The notes: generated by a model from the sequence alone, not told the origin. Positions 39,511 to 53,940 are shown, numbered from the whole stretch's first letter. The stretch: DNA of 55,350 nt, filler included, from Bipalium vagum (GCA_037834085.1; 3 parts of 3 records of this genome joined end to end with filler, not necessarily neighbours in it); one strand, 5' to 3'. Made by a program: numbers and translations.

Positions 39511-41109
39511 GAATAAATAAGAAATCACAATTTTTTGTATAAATAAAATATTAAAAAATATTTTTTAATAACAAAACAGTTCTTTTTCGCTATCACAATT
39601 CATAAAGAATCAAAATAATTTCTTTAGTAAGTAAAGTTAAAATAATTTTATTAATTGTCAAAGTACCATAACAGTTTAAGTAAGAACTTTTTAATCATAT
39701 AAGTGAGATTTGGTAAATTTTATTTACAAAAAATTAAGATTCTTAACTTTAATAAACAACGGGTCTAACCTAATCAATCTGAACTAGATCCTCTATTCTT
39801 CTTTTACAATACAGATAAATAATATATATGTATATCTTTAAAAATATAATATTACTATATATTTCAAAAGTATTGGGTCTGTAAAGTGATATATAAATTA
39901 ATTTACCTCCTTCCTCTCAATTATCACCCAGTGCAGTGAAGTATTAATTTCGTGAGATTTACGCATCATTTGTACCAGTATAAGCCAAATTCAACAATGA
40001 AGATGAGTACAAAATAGTTCTAATACTAAAAAAATTATAGTACATATTTCCAGTCGATCAGTCTACAAGAGAATTTCTTACGCAACTTAGTAAGAAAATG
40101 AAAATAAAACTTAACCAATTTACAATGAAATCTGAAATATAATGGTTCATTATCATATATTTAAAGCAATAATTTTATTTATAAAATTATGAAGAGAAAA
40201 GGGAATACGGATAATTAATTAAATTAATCGAAAATATACAAAAATTAATTCGGGAGCAAATAATTCTTATCTCTTTTACCAATTGATAATTATCAATAGA
40301 CCACAACTACACGAAAAAATATTTATTCGTACTAAATTATCAATTATAAATAAAAATAAATAATTTTTTAAATATCATAACCATTTCTTAGATACAAGAA
40401 TTTCGTGTCATGTTTGGTTCATATTATTTTTTTGATATTTGAGAGCTGCAGCACAATACAACAATAATTTGTAATTCTTTTTAATTATTTAAATATAAAT
40501 TTCATCATAATACTGTCTTTAAAAGTATTAGAAAACGTATAATATGGTAAAATGAAGGATATAAAATTTATAAGTCTGTACAATTATTTTCAGAAGGGAT
40601 AATAAATGTAATGTTCATAGAAACATTTTAATCAGTAAAATATACGCTTTTGCAAAATTACAGAATGTTTAGAACTCTAATGGAAAATGAAATCATTGGT
40701 GAAAAATGTATAAAATGAAAATTTAGAATAATTAATTTTCTGATAATCATGCATTAAATAAAATTAAATCTTTATAATTGTAGACAAACTAAATATAAAA
40801 TTAAAAAAAATTATTAATTCTTTAAAATAATTTTTTTTTAATTTTAAAAATGTTAGAGTAACATTTTAAAATAAATAAATCTTTAAAATTTAAATTATAA
40901 TGAAAATATTAATTCAAGAGAATTATGTTTGATAAACCAATGACCTAACAAATTTCAAATAAGTGCCCAATAATCAGCTGAAATAATAAAAAAATAATCA
41001 AATTAATATTTTCAAAAAATCCGTGTTTTATATTTTGCTATGGTTAATGTGGTTTAAAATATTATTAATTAAAATAAAGTAAGAAAAATTATTATTCGAA
41101 AACAGCACT

Positions 41110-43750
41110 GTTGGTGTTGTGGCAAAAATGCCGTTGTGATTTTACACTTATTGCACTTTTACGCAAGTCTTGTTCTTCGGAATAAAAGAGTGAATTGATA
41201 TGAGAATTTTATATAAATGCGGAATAATTTATATATTTAAATATAAATATATATATAGATATATATAAATATTTATATAAATAGTTGTCCCACTGGTTTT
41301 TCTTCTGGTATTTCATTTTATTTTAAATTTTTGTGTTGTGATGATTGTTGATTTTTGTATATTAGGTTTTATTACTTTTCCTGTTATTTTGCTTGTGGTG
41401 TTTTTTGATTTTTTCATATCTTTGGGATTATGTTTTGATAGTTTTCTCATTGTTGCACTGGTTTTTGGGTCTGTTGTTTTGTTTGTTGCTGTGCTTATTG
41501 CTATGCTTGTTGCAGAATTTATTGTTGTGCTGGTTGCGGGACTTATTGTTGTGCGATTTTTTATGTTACCTGGTGGTTCTATTCGAACTCCTAAAAAATA
41601 ATTTTGATTTTCTACTAGAAGCCATTTTGTTTCTTCTGATATATATAGGTACACATGAATCTTGATTTCTTTGTTGACTTTTATCACTGCCCATGAGTAT
41701 TGCGATGTAAAATATCATACATGATTTCTTAATGCGCTTAGGTGACAAACTACTTTTTCATCAGGATGTCCTAGTATTTTGAGAAGATATCTTTGATTGT
41801 CCATTTCATACCAACTTACTATCATCTTTCTTGTTTTTGCTTTCCAGGTCATATTATTTCATTTATATCCTTTACATTTCCCCGGTATATCTGCTGATAT
41901 TAGGAATGTATAATATATTCGGAGGTCTAAGTTGGTAAGAGAGATACCGCTTTCTCTTCCTGTCTGGTTTTCTTTGATGGTTTTTTTGTTTGTACCGTTA
42001 TTGTCTCTTTTTGATTATTTGGATTAGTTTCGCCTGTTATTGGCTGTATCGTTGGAGTGATGGTAGTTTGTTGAGGCCTGTCTATTTTTTTACAACGGTT
42101 CATACATTATTGGTTCCTTTTTGGGTTTTCTCGGATCCGTTAGTAATACATTTGTTTCCAGTGCTTGAAGTACTTAAAAAAGTCCTTTAAATGGTCTGGT
42201 TAAATTACAGGGGATTCTAACATTACCCAGTCATTTACTTCCAATGGCTGGCTGGCTGCCTTTTTGTCCTAATATGACTTTATACTCTTTTGGTTATATC
42301 GAAGAGAGAGGCCAGCTTTGGTCCATGCTTCTTACAATTTTTCCCTCATTATAAGAAGATAATCTTCTTCTTCTGCATAATGTGACGCTGGATTGTAGAA
42401 GATTAAATCTACGGGCATTTTAGAATTTCGCAATCACATTAAATAAAAAAGGAGTGTATCCTGTTCCTAAGTGGACAGCATTTCGGTAAGCAAAAAGGCA
42501 AGACGGGATATGAGTATCCCAATCTTTTTGTGCGGAATTCACATATGAAGATTGCATGCTAGTTAGGGTGTAGTTGAATCGTTCTACTAACCCATCTGTC
42601 TGTGGATGATATGGTGACGTATTTATTTTTAAGATGTTAAAATAGTCATTGATACTGGCTAACAGATTACTTAAAAAATCCGTCCCTCTATCCGTTAATA
42701 GTTTTTTAGGAACTCCATATCTAAATACAATTTCTTCAACAAATATTTTTGCAATTGTAGTTGCTTTGTGGTCCGGAATGGCATAGGCTTCTGGCCATTT
42801 TGTAAAATAGTCACACATAACCAGGATGTACGCAGTTTTGTTAATGGAAACTGGAAATGGTCCTGTTATGTCGATTGCAATAGTTTCCACGGGTAATTGT
42901 GGCACTGATATGGGTTTTAAAGGAATTTTAATTTTTTGTCCTTTGTTTCTACGCGCTTGACATGTACTGCACATTTTACACCATTGTTTGGTGTTCTCTG
43001 CTATTGATGGCCAATAATATTTTTGCCGTATTCTGGATAGGGTTTTTCTTGAGGATAAATGTCCTCCTAATGTCCCGTCATGATATTGTAGAAGAATGGC
43101 TTCTCTAAATACCTTTGGGACTACATTAACGGCATCAATATGTTCTCTAAATCTGAGAATATCATCATTGGATATTTCATATTTTTCAATTTGTCTTTTA
43201 ATACTTGGTGACACAATTATTTTTTCGTATTCTTCTGTTTTATTAAGTATGTGTCGGATATCCTTGAGCTCTACATCCTCTTCTTGAGCTTGTTTAAATT
43301 GAGTGAGATCATTTTCCTTCTGTATGATTGCCACCATTCGTATAAGGGTTGCTGTCATTTTTTCATCTGTTGCTATCGGCGGTCTTGACATAGCGTCGAC
43401 ATTTGCGTTTGCTCGCCCCTGTCGATATTTAATTTCTATGTCATATGGTTGCAATTTTAATGCCCATCTTATTAATTTTAATGTCGAATTTTTGTGTTTG
43501 AGCAAATATTGCAAGGGATTGTGATCCGTAATTATTATTACTTTTTTTCTCCAAAGATGTATTGAATTTTTCCATTGCGTAAATGCTGGCGAGACATTCC
43601 AGTTCTACTGCCGCATAATGTTTTTCATGGTTATTCAGTTCTCTACTGACATAACCGGTGATATATTCGTTTCCATATATATATACACTATATACACTAT
43701 ATTCGTTTCCCATTGCTACTAAGCTGGCATTTGTCATTAACTTAAACGGC
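41110..43750 (-). mobile_element. 5'-truncated Gypsy LTR retrotransposon (RNase H, integrase, 3' region, probable 3' LTR)
   Basis: Frameshifted RNase H (YVSRELNNHEKHYAAVELECLA), then the integrase ORF. A TATA-like, CA-ending segment at about 41110-41285 may be the 3' LTR; those limits are uncertain. Confidence 0.85.
42420..43514 (-). pseudogene. pol: Gypsy pol fragment: RNase H end plus integrase
   Basis: H2C2 (HDGTLGGH...CSTC) and D,D35E core (IAIDITGP / LLTDRGTDF / DGLVERFN); frameshifted at both ends. Confidence 0.95.
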
Positions 43751-44112
43751 TTAAAAAAAACTTGCCTTAAAAAACTGACTTTTAAAATGATAAAAATAAT
43801 GAAAAAATTTGACTTTTTAAAATTTTTTATTTTTATTAAAAAATTATATGTAGATAGGATAATCAAACTTTGAGGAAAGATCCCGAATTTAACAACTTTT
43901 ATTGTAGAAATGTTACCAAATATTAATTATTTTTATACTTTTCACAAAATATTTTTTCAACCATTTTTAAAGCGAAAAATGGTTGAAAATTCATTTTTAT
44001 TAAGAAAAATGGTTGAAAAGGGGATTTTGAAAAATGAAAATTTTTTTGACTTTAAAATGAGAAAAATTTTGACTTTTAAATTTTTGATATTTTCTTCTTT
44101 TTTGTTATTTAT

Positions 44113-44259
44113 ATGTAGTTATATAAATCAGACTTTGAGGAAAGATCCCGTGTCATCAATTTGCACAAAATATTATTTAGTATTTTTTTAGTAATTTTTT
44201 TACTGTTGCCATCAAAATGATTTCGGGGTCTGTCCTCAAAGTCTGGTTTATATAACTAC
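44113..44259. repeat. MITE-like element with about 36-bp inverted repeats; a third copy of the end at about 43850-43886
   Basis: GTAGTTATATAAATCAGACTTTGAGGAAAGATCCCG versus the reverse complement of CGGGGTCTGTCCTCAAAGTCTGGTTTATATAACTAC. Confidence 0.7.
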
Positions 44260-45029
44260 TCGTTCTCTTTTGATTTATCGTATTAATTCGTCTTTTGATT
44301 TAATATAACTCTTCTTTTACTTTACGAAGGGTTTATTACCTTGTAATCTCGTGTTCTCTATGGATAACAATTTTATCTGATTTTATGACTGAAAACAGGG
44401 GTTTATATAGTACTGTTTTCAGCCTTTGATGTTCCTCATTGGCTTAATTGTTATTTTCCAATTTCATCGCAAACTTTCTAATATTGCTAGCGCTTGCTAG
44501 CGAATATTTTTTTTAGATAAATAAATTTTATCTTTATTTATTTTTGGTAAATATGCCCAATAAGCCTCTTTTCTATATTATTTGACGAATGTTTATTTTT
44601 GATAATTGTCATTTTTCTGAATTTAACATTTTATGAGCTTAATTATTAATTAAGAATAAAAAATTATTATTTTATTTATTTATTATTTTTATATTATAAT
44701 AACTAAAATTTTTCATAAAATGTTATCATAAAATATTATTACAAAGATTTATTAAATATTATAAAAAGATGATCACGAAGGTTATAAAAGATTACTACAT
44801 ATATTTTTCATGCGCATTGTCATTGTAAATTAGATCACAAAAGGTTTATTAGTCAATTGTTATTGTATCGGTCTCCTTGTCATCGGATTATTTGTTGGGC
44901 TTATTGTCGTTGTTGGATTGTTGTCGAGTCTGATGGATGATCCCTTCATTTTCGACACGTCTTAGATATTTTTTCAATTTACTTTTCGATATACTTTAGT
45001 ACACACTGTATTTTATAATATTTATCTTC

Positions 45030-45250
45030 AATTTTTGTTGCTTATTTGTCTCACATGTACGGTATTCAACCGTATTTCACAATTTTTTCTGAACCTGCAG
45101 GTTTATTTTTGGATAACGACCTGTTCATGCTTGTCATAATATGGTAGACCATTTTTGAAACGGTTTATGACATGATAAATTATTTATCTAGGAATACGTT
45201 TAACTTGAAAATGTTTAATTACATCTGAGATTTTCATTCGTCCAATGAGA
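45030..45250 (-). mobile_element. DD37D fragment, same family as 22411-23750
   Basis: Reverse complement shares AAATGGTCTACCATATTATGACAAGC..GAACAGGTCGT with about 22668-22707. Confidence 0.8.
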
Positions 45251-48200
45251 AAATAAATTACCTATCAATTTACTTGAAATATATTATTGAAAACCTGAAG
45301 GTCAAAAATTGGGAATTATTTTTCAAACAATGTGACAATGTGTCTCAAATTATTTTCTTAAAAATATTTTTAGAAAAAGAGACTTTAAATACTTAATTAT
45401 AAATTTTTGAGTTTCTAAGTTTACCAAAGGACAGTGAAAATTTTTGAAACTAATATTAACTTAGTGATTTAATTAAATAATATAATATGTTTTAAAATCA
45501 CAAGTAATGAATACAAGGAAGGTTTTTATTTGATTAATTAATTTTAAAATGAATCAATATTTGCCTTATTTTAAGTACATAATTTACTTAACTAGTGAAA
45601 CTTTAAGTAAGCAAATTTTCAATTTTCTATCGGAAAACAGACTCAAAATAATTGAGGAAATATAATACATTTGTTCAAGTTTGTAGTAATGACATAAGGG
45701 ATGAATCAAAGTCTGTAAAATCACTTATCCATCTTTTCCCGTCTTCAATTTAAGAATTATAAAAAATTCAAGTTCTTTTTTAAAGTAGCCCTATAAGCTA
45801 ACTGAAATGAAATCTTAATTAAATCAAAATTTTCGATTCACTGAATTTTATTTTTTATATACATTTTAAGAATATTTTAATGTTATAATTATAATTTCCT
45901 TTGCGATTTTTATACTAAAAATAATTCTTACAGAATCCACTTTGAAAGTAATTAATATTAAGTCGTTACACATAAAACTGCAGATTTTTAGTTATCCATT
46001 TTTGATTGCCTTATTTTTGAAAAAAATATTTTAAATCGTCTAATTTAATGTTTTATGTTTTTAATGTTTGTCCATTAAGATTTAAAATGTGTCTTAAATA
46101 TAATAATAATTGTTTATTTATTATTTATAGATTTTTCGATGCCAATTTTACAGTGATGGAATAAATAACCTTGTCTCACTTTTGCAGAATTTTATTGATT
46201 GTATTGTGCATATTTTGATTAAATAAATTTATTGTTGATAAAGTTATGATTTTATGAAAACTAACATAAGAACGGCAATTAATATGTAAAAACTAAATAT
46301 ATAAATATCTTATGCTTTGTTATAAATTATCTCCCCATAACCAGTATTAATGCAATTTTATTGTTTTATTGAACAGCTTGAATAAAATTTTTATTATAAA
46401 ATATTTTCATTATGAGCTCCCGTGGCTACATGTTTTTAAAATTTAGTAAAAATGTGGATAATAATGAAAATATTATTTGTATTCAAACTTTTATTTAAAC
46501 AATATGTAATTTCAGTAATTTTCACACAATTAAACAATTTTTATGAACCCATACTCAATTTTAATGTATTATCAAATTAATCAATGTCAGTTTATATTTT
46601 GATGTGTGTTAGATAATATTAAGGCATCATAATATTTTTTTACTAAAATATTTATTCTTTATTAAAAATTCATTTTAAAATGTTTAGCTCTATAATCAAC
46701 AGTTTCAGATATAAGAATTTGGCAAAATATTGATTATGGTATCGCTAAATAAAATTTTTAAAATTATATATCTTTAAACTTTTAATTTTTTTAGTCTGTG
46801 ACAGTAATCTATGAGCTTGGAAATTATAACTTTTGACCAGGCCAAAAGAAATATTGGAATATAATTAGACCTGAAATTCAATAATTTTGATATAATTCAA
46901 GACTTCTCTTGAAACCTAAATAATAATTTATAAAAAAGTTGATTTTATAAGTTTTAAAGGAAGGTTAAATGTTTACATAAAAAGCCTGAGTATAAAGCTC
47001 AATATATTAAAAGTTAGTGTTCAAATAAGTTTATTGCCAAAGAGTGCATCAAAGATTAAAGATGTTTAAAGTTTGTAAAATTTATGTTGAAATGAATGAA
47101 TTTTTAGAAATACAGTTGATTTCATTTTGCCTAATTAGATTGTTTTGTCATTCGATCAAATTAAGTTTTATTGTCTTAAAATATCATTTTGCAGATTGGT
47201 TGGTATAATGATACTGTCAATAAAGATGAGTCAGATAAACGAGTTGATTTATAATCAGTGTCAAAAAAAATGTAAGATAATAGATTTTATCATATAAAAA
47301 AATATAAATGGGTTTTGTTTTATTGAGATTTTTTGAAATTTAAGAAAAAAGTATCTGGTAATTTACGGTGCTTTAACAGAACTGTTATCATTGATTTTCA
47401 GTACAAATCATAATCATTCTCCATATGAAAGCGAAATTAATATCGCATGCTTGATTTTCTGTATATTTTCAAGAGAAAATTAAAATTGTTTATAAGTGAA
47501 GGTCGTCTCTAAATCTGTTGGTTACGACAAATACTTAATTAAACTTTTGAAAAATATTTAATTTCAAAAAATTAGGATTATTACAAATAATTGATGTTTT
47601 ATTATCGATTGAAACAAATATTATTTTAATTTATTGATTTAAGTTAATTAGCAATTTACATATTCTTAAACATTTTTATTTTTGAAAAATTTGATAAATA
47701 TTCAATGCTTTTGCTAAAAACAGGTTTCATAAAACTAAATCTAAAATTACCAGAAAATTAAATGTTCATTTCCGGTTATATTTCTAAAAAAAGTTCACTA
47801 GATTTTTTCTTTATTATTGCAGGAGTTAAAAATGATATATTTTTGCAAGTGACTTCTGTAATAAATTAAATTTAATAGATAATTTTATTGGTAAAATAAA
47901 ATTTTATTGTGGTAGTAAAATTAATTTTTCAATAAATAAGTTTAATTATTAAATTTAAATCTTATTTAAGTACTTTCCAAAGGAAAGTGCTATCAATATA
48001 AATCATATGTGATATAAAGAATAAAAACAATGTTTTCAGTCGCTTGACTATATAAAAACCATTTAAGCTAATTTATTTAAAATTTATTATTAATGGTAAT
48101 TAAAGAATAAAAAAATTATATTATTAATGTTCTCCATAGATCTTTTTCCTTTATTGCATCATCATATGTTTTAATGGATTTTTTATGATCTTTTCGAAAC

Positions 48201-48793
48201 ACCGAAGTCGTAAAATAAGAAAAAGTTTGATACTAATGCTATTCCAATAATAAATAATACATTTAATGAACGATGGGAAGAAGCTTCCATTTTCATTTCC
48301 TAGATGTTATTACTTTTATGCTTATTTTGATAGGATCATGTCTTGAAGAAATTACATAACATGCATTATCAATCTAAAACATAATGATTATCGGTTTTCT
48401 TAAGAATATTTTTAATAGTGATGTGAAAATAAACCTTAAAATTGTCGTATCAACTAAGATCGTTTACAAATTTTAATGTCACATATTGATCATCTACACA
48501 ACGGAGATCACATCAAAATTCGAATTAGTGAACATTCCCAAAAATTCAGACCAAGAAAAGTAACTAAGTAACTAATTGATGTTTTTGATATCTTCTCAGT
48601 TATAAAAAATTATTCCAGTTTAATCTTTTTCTCATTACGTACACTTAAAAATGTATAGTATCATTTGAAATCATAAGAATTTATGGTGTTTTTATTTCAG
48701 TTTTCAAGAAAACTAAATTCAACTCAAAGCAATTTCGAGGGCATTTTACTAAAGAATATTTAAAGAATCTCAATTTTCACCAAAATACATATT

Positions 48794-48795
<2 letters not shown>

Positions 48796-48850
<55 letters not shown>
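48796..48850. repeat. (ATT)n microsatellite
   Basis: Directly visible. Confidence 0.95.
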
Positions 48851-48851
<1 letters not shown>

Positions 48852-49079
48852 GTAATTTTCAATTATTTATTATTTTAGTACTCTCTCATTCTCAATGTTC
48901 TCATTATAAATATTAAATATTTCATCTTTATATTCCGATATTATTTATTATTTTTACTCAAATTATAACCCTGACTTTAATTATTGAGATATAGTCAAAT
49001 GAGAACAGTTCTGATCTTCAAAACCTTATAGTGTTAAATAAAAAATCAACAGGTTTTTTAAAATATGTATTATGATTTA

Positions 49080-49206
49080 AAAATAAAAATAATAATTAAA
49101 AATTATTCCTTATTCTTAATTCCTTAAAGTGATATAAAAATAAAGTGATAAAAATAAAAATAATAATTAAAAATTATTCCTTATTCTTAATTCCTTAAAG
49201 TGATAT
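49080..49206. repeat. Direct tandem duplication of about 56 bp
   Basis: AAAATAAAAATAATAATTAAAAATTATTCCTTATTCTTAATTCCTTAAAGTGATAT occurs twice. Confidence 0.9.
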
Positions 49207-50859
49207 CAAATATTCACAATCTGTTTTTAAAAATAAAGTATTTCGCGACACAAAAATGCATAATAATGATATATTTATTACTGTAATAACTTTTAAAATA
49301 ATATTTTTTTAAAAAAAGACATTTTATGTACCTCTATATATATAAAAAAAATTTATAACTGATTAATTTAATTTATGTTTAAATAAATATAATTTTATTA
49401 TATTTATGATCAAATATATTTTATAGATTTATTAATAATTTATATCTAAGAAAAATAAATATTGATAAATTCTCATCCTTCTTTTACATTATTTACATCA
49501 TCCAAAAAGCTTACAACATTTTTTAAAAAATAAAAATGACTTTTAAAGAACCTGAATCAAAAAAAGTATGATGTCCTAAAATATTTTTATATTTAATAAA
49601 TTAAAACAAAAACCAAATATAGTATTTTTTTCCATCTTTTTCTGATTTAAAATATAAATCTGTATTATTATCGAATAATTCTACTGATTTTCGTAAGTCT
49701 TAAAACTGTTCAATTTTGATGTTCAGTATTTTACAATTGAAATTCACATAAAATTAATAATTATGGTTATAATGATCCATTTAATCATTCTCAAAATGTT
49801 TCTACAAAAAGAAATTTATTGATCCAAAAACGTCAAATTAATTGTTTTCTTAAAAACAATAACAATTACAGCACACACCAAATGATACCCACAGAATTAC
49901 TTTAATAAAATCTAATAAGAGTTATTAAACCGTTACTAACAAGAATTTCGTTCGGATTTTTATGTTTATTTTTGCCTAACTCTTATGAAGCTTTCACTGC
50001 ATGATTTGCTTCCGTTTTAAGTGAAGACCAATTACATCTCCCATTGGGAATGACTCTTTATTTGATTCAAAATAATTTCAGTACAAAAATCAAAAATTCT
50101 AACAATTAAAATTTTTATTTTCCGAAGTTAAATTGATGAATTTATTTTCTTTAAATTTATTTTTGTTTTTATCTGAAAAATAACATTATAGTTTATTTTA
50201 TATTACTATTTACAAAAATAAATTATACAGGACCTTTTTCCATTTATTAAATTATAAATCACAGTTTATTTATACATTTAAATTATTTTTTTATTTTTTT
50301 CTTGATTAATTATTTATATGTCAATCTTTTTTTTTTAGTCATTTTAATGAATTTCAATAAGAAAAGTATTTTGACGATTACTAAAATAAATAATATAATT
50401 TTATTAATAATAATTATTGATTTTTAAATTTATTTACTTAGAATATCTTGTATAACTGTGTACCTAAGTCTGTTATATTAAGTATAGATATAATTTAACT
50501 AAATAATAACTAATTCAGTTAAAACAAAACTTAAAATAATTTTAATAAATTATATTATAAATATTTAAAAATATTTGTCAACATAACAACAATTTAAATA
50601 TTTATAAATATTAAAAAAACAGTTTCAATTATCATATCTAGTTATATGGGTTGGTTTAACACTGCCTCCCATGGTTAATGCAATCAGTATTACGTTAACT
50701 TTTCTCGTAGGAAGTTCTTTGAAATTGTAGAAGAGTTCAAAAATGTTCTTCTAAGTAAGGTTAAGACCTGCTATTTTGTTCATGATAAATAAATGGTTGA
50801 TGCATAAATTCTGATGGTTTGCAATAAAAATACGTATATTTGAATAAGAAATATAATTA

Positions 50860-51950
50860 ATCAAATATATATTGTCCTCCATTATTTATCACTCTCTTCC
50901 AGAAACCAAATATTTTTTGTATTCTTCATTTGAGAAAATCCTGATTTTTTAGGAAAGAATTTTTTCTAGCTAATTTTACAAGATTACGTCATCTAAAACA
51001 AAAATTTTGGAAGATATGAAAATCCGTGGGAGTCAAATCAGGATGAGGTAGAGTCTTCCAACCAAGTTTGTCAATTTAACATAATATGATCGAGCATTGT
51101 CATTGTGTAGAATTACTTAATACGAAGTTTCAGGTTGTTCTCAAAAACTTCAACTTCAAACCTACCTAATTGTTGGCAATAATTTTTTGATGTTATTGAT
51201 TGGTTTTTCTCAAACAATTCTCAATGAATAACTATTTTCTGGTCTCACCAAAAGAGAACCATTGTTCTCAGGATTAGATATCTGGTTTCACCCTAGGTGA
51301 TGACTGTTGATCTGATTTCAATCATTATTTCATATGCTGAAATTTAATCTATAGGTAACATTTTTTATCACCGGTTATGATGTTTGACAAGAAAGAAGAG
51401 AAATCACAGGTAAGAAAAATGGTTGCTAATGACTGCTTTCTGATATTTATGGTGCTCACTCAAAACATGAGGTATCCAAAAACCAAATTTTTGTATCTTT
51501 CCCAATTTATGCAAATGCCGGACAATGGTTGACTGACCTATACCAATTTTATCTGCCAATTCGAGAGTCGTGTGACTTGAATTTTCCTGAAACATTAAGT
51601 TAGTTTGTCTTCAGCGCCATCAAATTTTCTTCCGGAATGCGTCGTATCAATATATATACGAAATTGAGTTCTATGAATCGAAAAAACCATATTTCCATAT
51701 TTCAATGAGATCATCATAACATTTTTTTATTGTTTCCATAGGTTTTGTTCCTCGATTATAGTCGAACATAATAATACATATATTTTGAATAAAGCTTTTT
51801 TCAAATTAGAACTTGTTTTTTGAATAGATAATGAATTTTGATACACTCTGCATATGCCAGAAATGCAAATTTTTTCAACATATCACTACATTTTCATGAG
51901 GCAAATTAAAATTATATTTAAATAGTCGGGTAAACCTACTTATCTATTCA
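50860..51950 (-). mobile_element. Decayed mariner
   Basis: TTLELADKIGIGQSTIVRHLHKLGKIQKFGFWIPHVLSE, IITGDKK, LHNDNARS. Confidence 0.88.
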
Positions 51951-53009
51951 ACAAAACTAAATATCTATATTTTTCAAATTATATTTTATTGATTGTTGAA
52001 ATGCTTAATGAATTTAAGCAAACCAACATGACTTAAGCACCTGCATAATGTAATCAAATATGAGAAATGAGTCATCTACTTTTTAAATGGAAAGTTCTTT
52101 GAAGAAACTTGTGAAAATTATTTTCAGCTTGAGTTACACTTTGAAGGTAAAATTTACTTGAAAAGTATTTTAATGCTTTGCATAACTAAACCTTTCTCAA
52201 TTCTTTAGACTGATGATCATGATTTAATTTCTGTAAATAACCTCAATGATGTGCGCCATGACAGTCATTATACAGAACAGTAAATCATTGTCATTAAAAA
52301 ACTCTTGAGATCTCTAAGTGGTTGCAAGACTCAAAGTATCAGCAGTCTCAGATAAATACACAAATTTGTTAAATCAAGGTATTGTTTTTATGAAAACATT
52401 TTCAAGATTTTTTGAATGTGACTGTTTTGATATTTTGTCTCAGATCGAGGAAATGTAGCAATGAAATACATGTTTTCGGCTCCAAAACTGAGGATATTTT
52501 ATTCATATCTTAAAATGTATTTAAAAGAAAATTTAATTTCTTAATAATATTATCATTTAATTATAATATTATGCATTATTTGATTATCAGAAATTAAAGA
52601 AATATTCCATTTTTTAAAAATTATTAGGATATTAAAATTTTTGCGAATTGAAAATTGTTATCATGATTGATGCCTGAATAATTTACAAATTAATATTTTT
52701 ATTGAATCTTATAGCACAACAATATTCAGAATTACAACAAAAATATATTATTTGTACCAAATATTAATAAGAAATTAATGATGGGTGTATTAACATGATT
52801 TCTGTTTTTAAAAAAATGAGTAATTAATGAAATCAATTAAATCTGACACCTCATTTTATAAAATATAGTGTCAAGTTAAATTAATCCAAAATTTGTGGAT
52901 CAATGAATAAATTAAATTGATATCAGATATTATTTATAAGATCATATATTAATAATCCAATAAAAACATAACTTTATAATCGTGATGTTTGAAATCTTTA
53001 AACAAACAA

Positions 53010-53140
53010 TAATATGTATCCTGGGATGCTACATGTCTTCCTAAACATTTCTTAGTATCTTGTAGCTTTCTGCAACACTTGTTCTTCATAAAATAATGAT
53101 TAAGAACTTCTGGTGAATGATCTTTGTCCGGGATAAATAT
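53010..53140 (-). mobile_element. Mos1-like mariner N-terminal fragment
   Basis: IFIPDKDHSPEVLNHYFMK / SVAESYKILRNV. Confidence 0.6.
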
Positions 53141-53749
53141 TGAAAAGTTAAAATTGAAAAAAATTCAATATACAATGAGATAAATTTAATAAATTTCTAG
53201 TTTACAAAATTTCTTATAATGACCCAAGATAAGTAGATGTTGTGCAAATCTTGGTTGATATACACGATGTGTTATCAATTGTGAAATATATCTTTGTATT
53301 ATGGATTTTCTTGATCATACTGAACAGATTAACAATAACTATCTAAACTTTTGATTTAAATCAAATACTTTAAATTTGTTTAAACTAATTTTTAATTTTT
53401 AAAAAATCATCAAAATTATTTTATTCGGATAACAGGTTTGAATTCTATTCGGGTGATACATAAGTAATTTCGTTTATTATTTAAAATAATAAAAATAAAA
53501 TAAAACAAAAACAAACTTTTAAGTTTCAAAGTAAAGGCTATTTGAATCAATAGTTTTAAGCCATATATCTACTAGTTGTTGGATTCCTTGTTGTTACCAT
53601 GCCTTGTCCTTGGAACTGAAAAACTCTTGGCACACCGTTTAATTTATAGAATGTTTAAAAATATAATTTTTCATTAACATGTTAGAAAGTGGGAGTATCA
53701 GAGGCGTGAACTCATCATCACCTTCATTTCCTGATTGAATACAATAGTG

Positions 53750-53940
53750 ATAATTTCATTTTCGAGAAAAATAACTGTTGATGTTTATAGTCAGATCCTC
53801 GTTGCACTGGCTCCAGGAAAGAAACATTGAACATATGCCCTGGTCCAAAAATTTACCAGACATTAATCCGATAGAATATTTGTTGGGAACTCTTGTCCAT
53901 AAAGTTCATGAAAGAGGAATACAATTCCAATACCTATGCA
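53750..53940 (+). mobile_element. Tc1/Tc3 (DD34E) C-terminal fragment
   Basis: WLQERNIEHMPWSKNLPDINPIEYLLGTLVHKV. Confidence 0.8.

Noticed and set aside
41338-41665. Hydrophobic plus-strand ORFs
   Set aside because: Antisense shadows of the A-rich Gypsy 3' region.
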